The translations under genes and the position numbers were made by a program. A model generated the notes under the pieces. That model saw only the letters and a list, made by a program, of their open reading frames with translations. It ran no database searches and was not told the origin of the DNA. Positions 63,340 through 64,000 of a DNA stretch of 64,000 nucleotides are shown here, piece by piece (position 1 is the stretch's first letter; every line of letters starts with the position of its first letter). The stretch is from Chiloscyllium plagiosum. Its lineage: Eukaryota. The stretch covers positions 14,770,153 through 14,834,152 of the forward strand of contig NC_057752.1 of NCBI RefSeq assembly GCF_004010195.1, given 5' to 3'.

Positions 63340-64000
63340 GCCTTGATAAGGTTCCCCATGGTAAGCTCATTCAGAAGGTCAGGAGGAATGGGATACAGGG
63401 GAACTTACCTGTCTGGATACAGAATTGGCTGGCCCACAGAAGACAGCGAGTGGTCGTAGAAGGAAAATATTCTGCCTGGAAGTCAGTGGTGAGTGGTGTT
63501 CCACAGGGCTCTGTCCTTGGGCCTCTACTGTTTGTAATTTTTATTAATGACTTGGATGAGGGGATTGAAGGATGGGTCAGCAAGTTTGCAGACNNNNNNN
63601 NNNNNNNNNNNNNNNNNNNNNNNNNNNNNNNNNNNNNNNNNNNNNNNNNATTGAGTTTAAGAGTCGTGAGATCTTGTTGCAGATTTATAAAACTTTGGTT
63701 AGACCGCACTTGGAATACTGCGTCCAGTTCTGGTCGCTCTATTATAGGAAAGATGTGGATGCTTTGGAGAGGGTTCAGAGGAGGTTTACCAGGATGCTGC
63801 CTGGACTGGAGGGCTTATCTTATGAAGAGAGGTTGACTGAGCTCGGACTTTTTTCATTGGAGAAAAGGAGGAGGAGAGGGCACCTAATTGAGGTATGCAA
63901 GACAATGAGAGGCATAGATAGAGTCGATAGCCAGAGACTATTTCCCAGGGCAGAAATTACTAACACGAGGGGTCATAGTTTTAAGCTGGTTGGACGAAAG
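63340..64000 (+). mobile_element. CR1-type LINE RT region (N gap 63594-63649)
   Basis: [35 protein letters not shown]. Confidence 0.92.

Overview
Repeat-dense eukaryotic draft scaffold with 5 N gaps, almost certainly from a shark or other cartilaginous fish, judging by HE1-type SINEs, CR1/HER1-type LINEs and Penelope-like elements. The only host gene I can support is SPRYD3 (+ strand): a CpG-rich promoter at ~35.4-35.8 kb and four coding exons (38672-38799, 40015-40090, 52706-52830, 59901-60036) that splice in frame; the gene continues beyond the window. The rest is an ~8.4 kb 48-bp minisatellite with higher-order structure, many decayed CR1 LINEs, tRNA-derived SINEs, Penelope-like fragments and a Gypsy remnant. 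Most notable observations: (1) three copies of a ~220-240 bp palindromic Penelope-derived mini-element carrying a minimal hammerhead ribozyme motif on each strand, two with clean target-site duplications and one just upstream of a SPRYD3 exon; (2) further hammerhead motifs in other Penelope families; (3) a near-identical inverted, circularly permuted ~2.25 kb duplication that looks like reintegration of a DNA circle, or a misassembly. Repeat boundaries are approximate and family names come from recognition, not database search.
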